Assembly: GCA_028023455.1 (NCBI GenBank)
Contig: JAQFVV010000004.1
Span: 17,050,001-17,114,000, forward strand
Length of the DNA: 64,000 nt
Source of the DNA: Epiperipatus broadwayi
Taxonomy: Eukaryota > Animalia > Onychophora
Direction: 5' to 3'
Shown: positions 24,979 through 38,048 of the stretch, piece after piece
How positions within the stretch are numbered: the first letter of the stretch is position 1
How the letters are laid out: every line of letters begins with the position of its first letter
Notes under the pieces: generated by a model
What the model saw: the letters and a program-made list of their open reading frames with translations, nothing else
Told to the model about the DNA's origin: nothing
Databases searched by the model: none
Program-made: the position numbers and the translations under genes

Positions 24979-26559
24979 GTAAAATATTATAGTTATAATA
25001 ATTTTTTAAAATTGCTGTTGTAGTATGCTGAAGATTTTGAGAAAAGACTATATGTTTAAAACTTTAAAGCATATATTATCAAATCTTTTTTTTTTTAATC
25101 TTCTGTTTTTAACAAATAAAAATATTTATGAATGATTTAAATCACACAGTAACTCTGTCATATAATTTATGAATGATTTGTAAACACAAAATTTTTACAC
25201 AGTTTATTGAACACTATGACATTCAGAATTCAGTATTAATATTCTTTGTGAAAATTGTCTATATCTGATCAAATAGTTTATCAATTATATAAATATTATT
25301 TCAGTTGCAAACTTGAATGTTATATACGGTAATATTTTTTCTTTGAACCCAATCCAAATATAGACAGAAAGCATATGTTTCCTCATGCATTCATATATTG
25401 GACTATTTCCATCATCTAATATGAGTATTGAATGTCTTTAGAAAAAATTAACTTTATTTAAATTTTCCAAATACATTCAACTGTTAGTAATAGCACACAG
25501 GTTAGTTTATGCATACACCAACATGTGTGCTGTTACTAACAGTTGAATGTATTTGGAATATTTAAATAAAGTTAAATTTTTTAAGACATTCAATAACATA
25601 TATTATATGATGAAAATAGACCAATATATAAATACTAATAAACACCATTATCACAAATCTTCAGGAAAACCCTTTTTCTCCTCTTTCACTTTGATAAATG
25701 CTTATATTAAATTTAATTTTAGCTGTTTGCTGGTGGTTACTTTCTTAAATGACCATAGCTGTAGTCATTTTCTACAACCTTTTGACTATATCACAGCTAT
25801 GAGAAAATAATCATCCACCTTATAAGTTATTAAATAAGACATACTTCACTACTTTCTGCCCAAATGATTGTTTTCCTGCTGTCATTTTTGATTACATTAA
25901 CAAATGTATATAAGATCTTGTCTCTTTCTAAGGAGATTTATTTGGATAGCTAGACACAATAATTTTTTTTAAATAAAAATAATCAGGCAAAATTTTTCTT
26001 TTTAAAGAACTAATTAATACATCTATTCATATTGACAACACATTTTATACCAGTCACATGATCGTATTGAAAATCAAAATTGGTAGATTTACTTTTTAAC
26101 TGTTTTTGAAACTTAGCATAAGAAGTTGCTTTTAAAAAAACATGACTTTAAAAATACTATAACATTAAATTTTTCACTAATATGTTTGAAATAAAATCTA
26201 TTTCTTATGCCATTATAATTTTGAAGCATATTGAACTACAATCTGTCCAGTATGAGAACTTATGTAATTTTGACTTATTTTACTTTTAACTTGTAATATA
26301 ATCTATAAGATACCATTTTTTTAATATGGATAAATTCAAGTTTTTTAATACTGATTTTTATACCTATTTATGATAGTCAATCCATGTATTGTGCAACAAT
26401 TCAGTAACAAATCATATTCGACTTTGGTTCGTAGTTTATTTTTCTTATCAATCAGTGAGTCAGTCTCCAAAAGAAAAAAATGAACTTTTATTGATATTGA
26501 TGCAGTTGTAGCATTTAATGAATAACAAAATACATTGTTTTTCTTCACGTTCTTAATCT

Positions 26560-27150
26560 AATAATTGTGCATTATAACTGATAATATGGACATGCCTATT
26601 ATACAAAACAATTTGTAATAACATTATCTTTTCATTGATACATTTGAATTCCAAGAATGGAAGATATCAAGTTATATCTCACAGTGAATCCAATTTCATG
26701 GGTTCTCCTTTTCAAAAGACTTAAAGTGATCTTTCTCTTCAATTAAATTTCTTTATTTTGAAAAATGTTGTTTTTCAAAAAAAAATCTGTATTAATTGTA
26801 AATGCTAACAATTTAACTGTATAACATTATCCTACAAAGAATTTACATAATCAAACATGACACATTTTATGAAATTTTATTTTTTTAAAAAAATTGCAAT
26901 TTCGTAACTCTATTACTACCAAATCAACTATTCCATTATTTTCACTATTGATATCCAACTATTTCTATCTTGTAAGCAAACAGTTTCCACATGGATAGAC
27001 AATTTTTAGATCACTTTTTCTGTGTTTTTTCATGTTTATGGGAGTCAATGGGATTCCTAAATGAGGATTGTCAAATATGCAATCATTTGCCAAATGAAAC
27101 TGTTTTCTAAATCCAGTTCCAATTAATATTCTTATTCTTTTTTTATTATT
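26560..27150 (-). mobile_element. LINE (RTE-like) RT relic
   Basis: Decayed RT motif region on the minus strand (FHLANDCIF, resembling LRFADDIVL, at ~27090). Confidence 0.3.
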
Positions 27151-27249
27151 TCATTCTAGATCACAATTAAGGATTTTCAGTCTGCTTATTTATCTTCATT
27201 ATGATTCAGGATAGATATAAGAATACTATTAAGGATTTGCATGCTTTGC

Positions 27250-28200
27250 CTGATGCTGATATAAACTCTGACCATAATTTGAATATGATTAAATTAAAAT
27301 TGTGTGTAAAAGAATAAAAAGAGGGAAAGATATGTAAGATGGGACTTAGATGAATTAAGACATGGATTAAGGAAAAATTGGTTTAATATGTGAAAATATA
27401 ATAAAAAAGAATTGATAAAGATGAAGAAGGTATTAATAGTTCTGATAAGGCATTGGTGCAGCATTAAAGAAGGATGCCTGTGAGGTTTGATGCAGTGGTA
27501 AAGTGAATGATGGTATGGCAATCAAATTTCTTATGAAATCCTGAGCAATAAAGCCATTAGCCTTTTTTTAAAAAAGAGAATTATTAAAAACAGCAAAAAA
27601 TGAAATAGGAACTATTTGGTTAAAGAAAGCCAAATGAGCTTGGATAACAAAAAGTATGTTGGAAAAGATGGAATTATGGAGATGGGAAAATGTCAATACT
27701 GAGGAAGGGCAAAGAGCATATAGAAAAATTAATAATGAACCAAGAAGAGAAACAGATTTAACAAAAGAAAAATGATTGGAAACAGGAATGTAGAGAGATA
27801 GAAGCGCTTCAACTGGTAAAAAGATATATAGTATTTGATAGAATCAGAAATGTCTCTTGGGAAAAAAAGATATGGTTAATTTTAAGTGACTGTTAAGAAT
27901 GTAAAGAGACTAACTGATAGTGATGATATATTGAAGAAATGGAAAGAATGTCTTCAATATCTATTTCAAAAAGAAAGTAATTCCAATTAATTATGAATTT
28001 GAAAATGAAGATGTTGAAATAGATGATAAAGGTATGGACATATTGAAAAATGAAATAATAAAGTCAATTGAATAAATGAAAAATGATAAAGTTATCGGAT
28101 TTGATACAATACTTATATAATTTTTGAAATGAGTGAAATTATTATGAAGGAAGCACTTGAACTTCGCAATTTGATATATGATAATGGAGTTTAAAATAAT
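27250..28200 (+). mobile_element. RTE-type LINE relic (endonuclease-RT linker and RT N-terminus)
   Basis: Purine-rich decayed coding sequence including DILKKWKECLQYLF and EIIKSIE*MKNDKVIGFDTI. Confidence 0.5.
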
Positions 28201-28349
28201 ATCTTACCCCCATGAGTTGTTAGATCTAGTTATTAATTACAAAAAATTGACAGATGACATTATTAGCCCATCAATATAAATTTAAGAATCAAATGCAAAT
28301 AATTTGTTTTCTGTAAAGAATTTTTTTCCCCTCTCACAGAAAAAAATCC

Positions 28350-30335
28350 AGATTGGTTAAAATTGCTCATTAGAAGAATTAGATCTGGCCTACCCTGAAA
28401 ATTGGCCATCCTACATGGATCGACTGCTTTTTTATATGCAGGCTAATCAAATTAAAAAGCCTGACTTAAAATTTTCCATGTTTGTGTGTAGCTCTCAAAT
28501 GTAAATGTACAAGATCTTATGAGCACAGGTAGCCTCTATGCTTCAGGTTGAGCTTGGTTTTGATAAAGCATTATTTCTACTGTCAGACTTTTTCTGTTCA
28601 AAACCTTTAATGATAATTCAGTGATATCATTTTAATCTCTGTACACAAGGAAATGGAGAAAGCAAGAGATTTTGTCATTAAACTCAGAAAGCTAGCTCTG
28701 AGCTGCAACTTTAACCACAATATTAGGGTCAATCTATTGATGTACCCTGATATCTCATTTGATCCATATTTTTCTCAGATGACTTATTGATTCTACAGTT
28801 AGTCAGACCTTTACCATTAAAATACTTTCAGCATTAAAGTTGTGGATCAAAAAGTCAGATCATTTAAAGACATTCCCTATCGAACAAGTTTAGGGGATCT
28901 GTTATTGATAATAATATTGTTAGAGTTTGGTATAGATGTGACAAACCAAATCATGCACACACCAAAGTCCACACCAGGATACAGTGTGCAGGAAAAAAAA
29001 AAGCAAATTATTCAAAAAAGAATGGAAGAGTTTATTCCAAAAACGTGGAAAAGCAATGTAATATCAAATAAAATCAACAATGCCTGTGTAAATAATGATA
29101 GAAGCATTGATTAGGCTATCACAGAATTATTATTAATGGAATGTTAATAACAATGGAACTGAACACCAGGTCTGCAATGCTCATGAGCTATCATTAATAG
29201 GAAAAACAGTCATTGACTGTATCCCATCAGGAATTACTGACTATCAAGGTAATCAAATGAATCAAAGAGTTAAACTATTAAAACAATTTATTTGACTCTT
29301 GTTGTTTGGTGATAAGCATATTAATTTATTAAGCCATAACTATTTCCATCACTTGGACTTTACTGTCATGAGAGCGAGCCAGTTTACAAAAATAAAATCT
29401 AATAGGATCTTCCCAGATGTGGTTGATAATAAACTGGGTTTGAACCCTAGGACAATTTATGAAATTAAAAATGCTAAAATGTGGATAGGTGCTCAAGTCC
29501 TATGCTATAGGTTTGAGGGAACCACCACATATATTCCAACAATTATTAAAGATTACAAACAATGGTTGTTCAAACAGCTGAGGAACAGCAATACCACAGG
29601 CTTAGAAACTAACTAAGGTTGAACTATATCTCCCCAATCAACATTGAAGAAGCGCTACCCAAAAATTAAAGAATCACTAATCAACAGTGAAGAGTCACCA
29701 GCCAGCAGTGATGAGTTTACAATGTGGGATCTGCTGATGAAGTCACTGAACTGAAGAAGCAGAAACTGAATGACAACATTCTCCAGGGCTAATTTGAGTT
29801 TTGATGGGGGGGGGGGTGATATATCTCAATTTACCTTCAACTAATGGTCTAATCCAGATTCCATCTTATCTTGATTGGATCGAGCATTCCTCACCATGAA
29901 CTAATAGATGTATGAATTGATAATATCCAATAACAGAAACAGGCCAATGGGTGATAATGCTCTGAATTTGACTGCTCTAAATTATGGATGGGGATCTGGT
30001 TATAAATAGTCAATCCAGTTGGAGATAAAGTCAGACACAACTATTTATTGTCAGACCTGAATGGCAGTATGTACATTGTCCATTATATTACTAAAGCAGT
30101 GAGGCATGTTCCCATTAGAAGAGGAAGCTACTAATACCTAAATCAGAGCAAGCTATCACGGAGCAGCTGGAAATATAACCAGACCAACACACAAGGCAAG
30201 CTGTCACAGTATAGCTGGAAGTGATAGGTAAATTTAGAAAGGTTCCTGAAATTTTGTATATTAATAGTTGCCATGCAACTAGAAACTATACTTGCCAATA
30301 GTGTCAGGTTAATATATAACAGTTGTCTATATAAC
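28350..30335 (+). mobile_element. Heavily deleted Ty3/Gypsy relic (gag, integrase fragments, PPT, probable 3' LTR)
   Basis: Gag-like EELDLAYPENWPSYMDRLLFYMQANQI and DFVIKLRKLALSCNF. Integrase remnants at ~29.1-29.3 kb. A G-run PPT at ~29805-29817 is followed by tgatatat. Confidence 0.55.
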
Positions 30336-30439
30336 AAATATATATTTGTATATTTATTTTAATTAATAAATATTTAATCGCATTTTTACGAGTCTGGGTT
30401 TATTATAATCTGGACTAGTCCAATAGTTGAAAGTAAATT

Positions 30440-31010
30440 GAGATATTAACAAGTAACCCTATACTTTCTTCTTATTGCAGAATGAACTTTCCTTCCAAAT
30501 ATCATGATGATGTTTTATATATTTTTGAAACTTTTATTCTCTTTTATAGCTTTCTTTGCTAACTTGTAACTATATTTTTTTGTATCACTTTACAAAATTT
30601 TATTTATTTAATTCTTTTTAACGGATCATTTATGAAAATTTCATATCCCTTCATTTCTTTATACATTGTTTTGTCTCAATAGAAATTTTATTGGTTAATT
30701 ACTGTTTTTTTGTACTAGCTATCTTTCTTGCATATTATATTTTTTAATAATTTTAGTCTCTAGTTTTCTATTAACACATATCTTACATCTCACTAATTGA
30801 TAATCAGATTCTGTGGTGAATCTATTAAAAACATTCAATCCTGAAAAATACATATTTTCTTTTGGATTAAAATATAATCCTATTCTGCTGCTATATCTTC
30901 TTTTGATGTTTCTACACCCATTTCTTTTAACTTCAGGAAGTACAACAATTTCCCACTTAATATTGGTTATTTTTTCTTCCAAGATCTGCAATTATAAGTA
31001 CCTAAATTAA
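30440..31010 (-). mobile_element. RTE-type LINE endonuclease relic
   Basis: ORF 30719-30991 contains ITNIKWEIVVLPEVKRNG, resembling the APE N-terminal motif (WDIIGLSEVRR-type). Confidence 0.5.
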
Positions 31011-31423
31011 AGGCCATCATTAAATAATAGTCGAGGATTCTTAGCATCCTCTGCTTTTGGCTACTAGTTGTTGCCTTAGCAGGTGGTTTTACAGCCTTCG
31101 GAGAATAAGGGCTATAGTTTACTTTTGTCTGACTTGATTATAAATATCCATTTAAAAAAAATCATTCTTACAAACATTCGCCTTGCTTCAAGAAAATTCA
31201 ACTAATATTTTAGATAAGAATGATTGAGCAAATGAGAAGAAAATAAAAATAATTAATTGACTAGCTTCATTGTTTAGAAGTTCTTAAGAAGTTTGCGCTA
31301 TAGAAATACCAGAATTGGAATAGATTCAAAGATCTTTTGCTCCAGACTCTGGCACTCTGCCACTGCACTAAACCGAATAAGATAAATTGAGAAAAATTTT
31401 GACTATGGTTTTTCTTGATCTTA

Positions 31424-32830
31424 AACTTACCATGCTGGATGGTACATTTTAGCGAGAAACCCATCCATGTTCATTTACTAAATGAATAATCATATAATAA
31501 TAATTGCAATCACATGAACATAAGAACTTTGCCCTGCTTCATTCCTTTAAGGCTTCAAAGAGGAATTAAAAAGTTTTCTTTCAGTTAATAACAAACTCCT
31601 TTCTATGTAATATAATGTTTAAAATAAAATTAATTAAATTAGTTTATAATTTGTTATTCCAGTAAATATTACTGCTTTAATTTTTATTTTCAGATAAATA
31701 AGTCAGAATATTCCTACAGTAAATGAACATTTACTCAATCAAATATATTTTGTTTCAAGTCAAGCATCACACTTTAGCTTACCCAAGGTTTTGCAGAAGC
31801 AAATTTTTATTTATATTAGTCCAGTCCTATTGTAACTTCATTAACCAATAGATGCCAGTGCTTATTAAATCCATTTTCATTGCTGTCTTATCCATATCAC
31901 AAGATTAATTTCACAGTTATGGGTATCTTTACACTTACCATACTGGATGATGCATTTTAATTACCACCCACAATATTTATTTACTAAATGAATAACTATA
32001 TAATAATAACAATTGCAATGACAAGAACATAAGAAGTCAACATTAAGATTTTACCCTGCTTGGTTCCTTTAAGATTTCAAAGAGGAATTAAAGAGTTTCC
32101 TTTCAAATAACAATGAACTCCTTTCTGTAGCCCATTATATAACTATATATAATCTAATGTTTAAAATAAAATTAATTAAATTAGTTTATAATTTCTTGTT
32201 TGCTCCAGTAAATATTACTGCTTTAATTTTTATTTTTAGATAAATAAATCAAAATATAGATGATCCATATCTCTGTTTTTTACCTTTTTATATTCCTGCA
32301 ATAAAAGAACATTTAATCAGTCAAATATATTGTTTGATAACAATCAACCGTTAAGCTATCAACAATCTCACTAAAGATTGCAACTTGACTGAGGAATGTG
32401 AGATTAATTATGCAAAGAAGTTTAAACAAACCTCATTAATCAGACAAATATAACATGTTCTGAAAGCAGATTAATAAATAATCATTTATAACTTCCAAAT
32501 TCCCAATAAAATATATATTTACTAAGACAATAAAACAAATTACTTACAGCTTTATTAGATTTATAAATGCAGATGATAACAATCAACCCTTAAGCTATCA
32601 ACAATCTCAAACTGTAGTCAAGGCAACATCCTTTAACAATGAAGGTAGTACCACCTTTATCTATGGTCTGATATATATTTATATAGACATCACACTCTAA
32701 TTTATCCAAGGTTTTTCAGAAGCAAAATTTTTTATTTATACTAGTCTAGTCCTATTGTAACTTCATTAAATCTATTTTCATTGCTGTCTTATTCATATCA
32801 CCAGATTAATTTCACAGTTATGGCTTTCAT
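31424..32830. repeat. Diverged tandem duplication, ~500-bp unit, second unit with a ~360-bp insert
   Basis: 31424-31917 aligns with 31915-32330 plus 32690-32822. The insert contains a 38-bp direct repeat at ~32335 and ~32575. Confidence 0.7.
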
Positions 32831-33443
32831 TAGTGAAGAGTTTTAGATTTGGGTCTAGTATACCTAAATTATTTAATGTAATGAATTTTTATTCCAGCAT
32901 TCATTTTTTATTGTTTTTTTTTGTACAATCAGGCTTCTGGCTTGACATTCAAAAAATTTTAATGTTTTGAATCCAAGTTAACTATATATTTATTTTTTAT
33001 TGTTTTTTTATCTTAAAATATATTTTTAAATAAAATTATATTATAGGGGTATATACATACTATATATGTGTGTGTTAAAAATTCATGTTAATTGTTCATT
33101 ATTATCTGTGTCAAGACTTTGAATCAAATGCTACATATATGGGGAGACTATTTTATATATAATGTGTATTTTGTTTTAAAAAGATTTTTATTAAATATAT
33201 AAAACTGAGTACATGCATTAAAATATATATACTAATTGTTTTTTGGGTGGCAATAGTATCTAGTATGTTACTGATTATATATTTATAATAATTAAATTCA
33301 GTATTATTTCCACTAATGTTGATTTGTTAAAATAATTTTAATATTTAATATTTGTAACTGAAAGAAAGAAAAAGGTAGATAGACAAAGGATGGACCAGTG
33401 AATAATTGAAATCTTTATAATGTTTTTCCCCCCTTTTTTTCAG

Positions 33444-33552
33444 GAATGAGATCATAATTGATATGTTAGTTTTGGAAAGAAACTATATCTTAGTAAAGTC
33501 TTACTTAATTGGTGGACCTTCAGAAAAAATTCTTCCTTCCAGAAAATTAAAT
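33444..33552 (+). CDS. TBC1D32: TBC1D32-like exon (NEIIIDMLVLERNYILVKSYLIGGPSEKILPSRKLN)
   Basis: Strong polypyrimidine tract plus cag acceptor and gtgagt donor, phase 2 to 0. It matches recalled human [30 protein letters not shown]. Confidence 0.85.
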
Positions 33553-33665
33553 GTGAGTATATCATAGCATGAAATTACTTTTATTATTTACAATTTTTTT
33601 TTATTATAAATATATTAAATAACTTCAATATTATCATATATTCTTTTAAATTCATATAAATAAAG

Positions 33666-33880
33666 TAATAATCAGAAAATAATAATTTTTTACAACAGCT
33701 ATATAATCAAATAATAATTTTCAGCATTTGCTTTGGTGCCCTTTTTGAATGTTATTAATCTATTTAACATTAACATTTGAAAAGGGCACCAAAGCAGGTA
33801 CTGAAAAAAGCTTTTTATGTATAAAATTATTATTTGATTATATAGCTGTTGTAAAGAATTATTATTATTTTCTGCTTATT
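33666..33880. repeat. MITE-like imperfect palindrome
   Basis: Inverted arms tacaacagctatataatcaaataataattt/aaattattatttgattatatagctgttgta and gctttggtgcccttt/aaagggcaccaaagc. Confidence 0.7.
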
Positions 33881-34949
33881 ATTTTGTGGAAGAGCAGCTT
33901 AAGGATTTTTATTCCTTTCCAATTTTAATATAAATAAAGATACAATAAAAGACAAATGGTATCAAAGATGTGAGTAGAGTTAATTTAACACTTGTCAAAA
34001 TATAAAAAAAAATTTCTAAATTCATCATTTCAATTTATCTAATTCAATATTTGCTAGATGTGCTTTCAAATTAACTGATATCTTAAATTGTGGTAATAAA
34101 AACTTTAACAAATATATTTTATTAAATTTATTGTTCCTTTATAAACCTTTTTTTTTTTAAATGCTTATCATTCAATGTCTATAAATTTTGAGCTCAGTTT
34201 TTGCAATATTACATTAATAAATAGTCAAAAATTAGTTATTTAGACAGTTATATAATATTTGAACACCTGAAATAATATGTTAAGGTTCAATCTAAGAATT
34301 TTTAACTCTTTAAATTCCCTCCAATATTATTAATGTGCTAAACCATTTAGAGTTATATTACATTGTAGAAATAAATGTCAATTTAAAAAAAAAATCATTC
34401 ATGTGATAATTGTATGATTAATCCAAAATCGTTGATTCAAGGACTTTTTTGATTTTATACATTTTTCAGATTTCAGCAGAAAACTTTATGTCCTTTTTTT
34501 TGTTACTTTTGTGTATTGCATAAATTTATAACAGTACTTATTTTTATATATAACAATAATTAAAACAATAAATTAAAATAATATTTTGTAATTTTTTCCA
34601 AGATGATAAAGGTTTTTGAATTAATAGTAATCTACCTTTATAGTATTCAAATGTCTTTCATGTACATTAAGGTACTTTTATTTTTTAACTAGAATAGTTA
34701 ATAATATTTGACCTACTTCTGAATGTTTATTTTATAATGGTAGTTTCAAGCAAAATAATGCGTTAATTATGAACTATGTGGCTATTAATATATATATATA
34801 AATCATTTAAAATTTGCTAGAATGACAAGTTTCAAAATCTTAAACTATAAAAAACAACTGAAGTGAAATTTTTGTTTTGAAAAATAATAATTAGCTGCTT
34901 TAAAGTATTTTTTCATATTTTTTTTTTAAAAAAAGAAAAAGAAAATGTA

Positions 34950-37580
34950 AAGATGTCTGAAGTTGGGGGAAGTTTTACATTTTTTCTGAAGTCAAAATAA
35001 AATTATGAAGATAACTGTTTTTTTTTAACCCAATCAGGAGGTGGATTAACATCTATGTCATCTTCTTTTGTGTTAGTTTCTTCTATTACACATTCTTCTT
35101 TTTCCTCCTTAGGCTGCATCAGCTCGAGTTCTTGTTTAGTTTCCTCAGATTGATTTTCTGGGTCACAGTCCGTTTCATTAAATAAAGATGGTATTAAATC
35201 TTCACTCTCATCTTTTCCCAATTGACTGTGTTTTCATAATAGTTTGTCTTCATTTGTACAAACTATTGCAACTTGTTTTGACAGATATTGCTTTACTATT
35301 GCTTTTGTCTAAAATTTATTTAAGCTATTTTTTGCCCACACTTATTCACCTGACATGAACTTACACATGGTTGTTTTCTGTTTAATGTAATTCTCACTAG
35401 ATATTATGTTAGACGATTTAGTACACAACTTGTGACCTAAATATATTCCGCAGGTGATTTTCCTGTTTTAGCAGTTGGAATCAAGTGCTGATACAAGAGT
35501 GCAATATAAACTGCTTCTTGTATTTCATTTTTCTCAATTTATTTATTGATACTTTCAAATTTTGGATAGCTTTCTCTACCAAACCGTGAGGTTGAAGGTG
35601 GTAGGGGGGCTTGAGTGTGTTTTATCCCCATTCTTTCATACTCTCCTCGAACTTTTGTGAAACTAGTTCATTGTCAGAAACTAAAGTTTCAAGAAGGCTG
35701 TGATATGAAAAAATTTCATATAATTTTTTTGATTGTCTCATCGGAACTAGTACTCTTACTTCATTTCTATTCTGCCCATCCTGAATATGCATTGTCTCCC
35801 ATAAAAAATTAAATGTACCTTAAATGGGTCTGCATGGTTCAACATGGCTATGTTGCCACGGTCTTAATGCTTTTGGCTACACCTCAAAATTTTTAGATAG
35901 CATTCTAGCATATGATTGACAATTGTTGAAATTTTTTATGTAATTCTTAATATCACAGTTAATGTTTGATACCATACATTGCTGCAGGCTAAAGCTTTTG
36001 ATCTGACTATGTCTGGGTAACCTTCATACAATAACTGCAGAATTAAATTTCTGCCTTAACTGATATTAGAACACGATCATCCATCTGAATACAGACTTTG
36101 CATACTGATGATTTAATAGGCATTCCATAATTCTTTATGGAGAAATTTTGGATCTTTTTTGGGCCAACCTTCTCAGATTTGTTTTATAATCCACTGGTAA
36201 CTCTCATCTTCCTTTATCCAAACAGCTACTGTTTTACTATTAAGGACATGTGATTTTAGCACATCTATATAATTAATTTCCATATGTCAAATGTGTTGAT
36301 CGGGAAGTGAACCCGGGCCAGTTGCTTGGAAGGCATCTATGCTAACTGCTAGGCCACCAAGGCTTGACCTATTTTCTTTCTGAGCAAGTTGGACCTCTTT
36401 CAGTTTACACTTTATTGGTACTGTCTCTGGGGATAAATCTAGTGACACAGAGATAGTTTTTATTTTTTTCTGTTTTTCGTTAAATAATTTAGGAAAATTT
36501 CCTCTCATTCTTAACTGGCATAATTTTAATGCCCAATTTTTTGAGCCAAACATGACTGATTTTTGGGTTTGTTGAAGCATAAACTATATACAGAGATAAA
36601 TAAAAAGTTTTACCATTCATTTTACTGACAGGAGCTTTAATTACTCCTTTGATTTTAATTGCATTACCATTAACATCTAAAGCTTTTAAATCAATGTTCT
36701 TGATCATCAGTGGCTTTTTACTATTTGTAATTATAAAACTCTATTCACATGCAGAAATCAAAGATACACTGCTTTTGCTATTGACTTCCATATGGCCTTG
36801 CTGCATACCTTTAACTGAATCATAATTTTATTAAAATTGGATATTAACTTATTTTTTTATATTAGCTAACTGATTTTCATTTCTACTAAATACTCTTTTA
36901 CGGATGTTGCTGCCTTTACCAGGTTTATCTATTTTTTTACACATTATTTCCAAGTGCTCTTTTTTGTCAAGATTTTGCAATGTTCATTTTTGTGAAAAGA
37001 ATCACTGGTTGTGTGGCCAGCTTTTCCGCAACAGACAAATAGAGTTTTTTTATTGCTATCATTTTTTAAATTTCTACATTCCTTTTTCTCTGGTTTTTGT
37101 CCATGAATTCTAGATTACTCAAGAACCAATTCACGGGCTATGACACATTTTATAGCTTCACTACATTTAATTTAAATACCAGCTAACAGCTGTTATCTTG
37201 AACTGTCGCTGCTCATCCTTCACAGAAATTGCTGAAAGAGTGACTCATCAAGGAATAAGCCATATACCCAATTTTTTCCAAGATTACGAAGAGTTATATC
37301 GTAATCTTTAATTTTTTCTTATCTGTCCTGACACCAATTTCTGAAATGAAATCTGGTGAAGTGCCTAAAGGGACATGGACTAAAATAATTTTCCAAATGA
37401 TCTTTTATTTGATTGAAAGTATAATTCTTAGGAGTATCAGGTTCATAGATTCTATTAGCAATCTCTATTACTCCTTTTTCTGCAAAACACAGCAGTGATG
37501 CAACTTAAATTTTTACATCTTCAACTTTATTAATGAAAAGAAATTAGTGGCATCACTGACATCAAATCCACAATTCCATT
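34950..37580 (-). mobile_element. Truncated Ty3/Gypsy element (gag-PR-start of RT / deletion / integrase), no recognisable LTRs
   Basis: Gag (VASLLCFAEKGVIEIANRIYEP), protease region, PIKCKLKEV (RT start), integrase H2C2 (EGYPDIVRSKALACSNVW), GKSPAEY, and the acidic tail ORF 35003-35221. Confidence 0.8.
36292..36363 (-). pseudogene. Full-length (72 nt) decayed tRNA-Gly(TCC) copy inside the Gypsy pol region
   Basis: Minus strand reads GCCTTGGTGGCCTAGCAGTTAGCATAGATGCCTTCCAAGCAACTGGCCCGGGTTCACTTCCCGATCAACACA. It is colinear with the animal tRNA-Gly(TCC) as I recall it (~80% identical). The TCC anticodon is kept, the T-loop is mutated and there is no CCA. Confidence 0.85.
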
Positions 37581-38048
37581 TTAGTAATAAATTGAAAGGT
37601 TGCTAGTCTTTCACACGCGCCTACTGTTGTTTCTCAGACAGCCAATCAGATGTTAAACAGCAGTCTGAAGAGCGATCAGGCCTTGACACATGACAGAGAT
37701 TTTGATAAGAAAAGATTGATACCACCCTTCTCTTTACTTAACTTTTTATATATATAAACCAGTCTTAGGCATCTTGGCTTGAAAGCATGAAAATATAAAC
37801 ATATTCATTTATTACTCACTGAGTTTTTAATTTATGATATTACAGTGTGAAATCTTAGATTTACTACACCGCAATTTTCTAGATGTTAATATAAGTTATC
37901 AGCAACATATGTAAATAATATTTGTCTAAATCGCATGTTGTTATTAAATTAGTAATAAATTGAAAGGTTGCTAGTCTTTCACATGCGCCTACTGTTGTTT
38001 CTCAGACAGCCAATCAGATGTTAAACAGCGGTCTGAAGAGCGATCAGG
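37581..38048 (+). repeat. 100-bp direct repeats (37581-37680 and 37949-38048), period 368 bp
   Basis: Near-identical ttagtaataaattgaaagg...ctgaagagcgatcagg blocks. Confidence 0.85.

Noticed and set aside
29735-29775. CTGATGA/CTGAAGA...GAAAC as a hammerhead
   Set aside because: There is no stem II or III pairing, and it lies in the repetitive Gypsy tail.
31300-31370. LEQKIFESIPIL as a myosin head fragment
   Set aside because: The following EAFGNAKT motif was not found nearby, so this is likely chance.
36292-36363. Functional tRNA gene
   Set aside because: The T-loop/B-box is mutated (GTTCACTTC) and there are acceptor- and anticodon-stem mismatches, so it is kept as a pseudogene.
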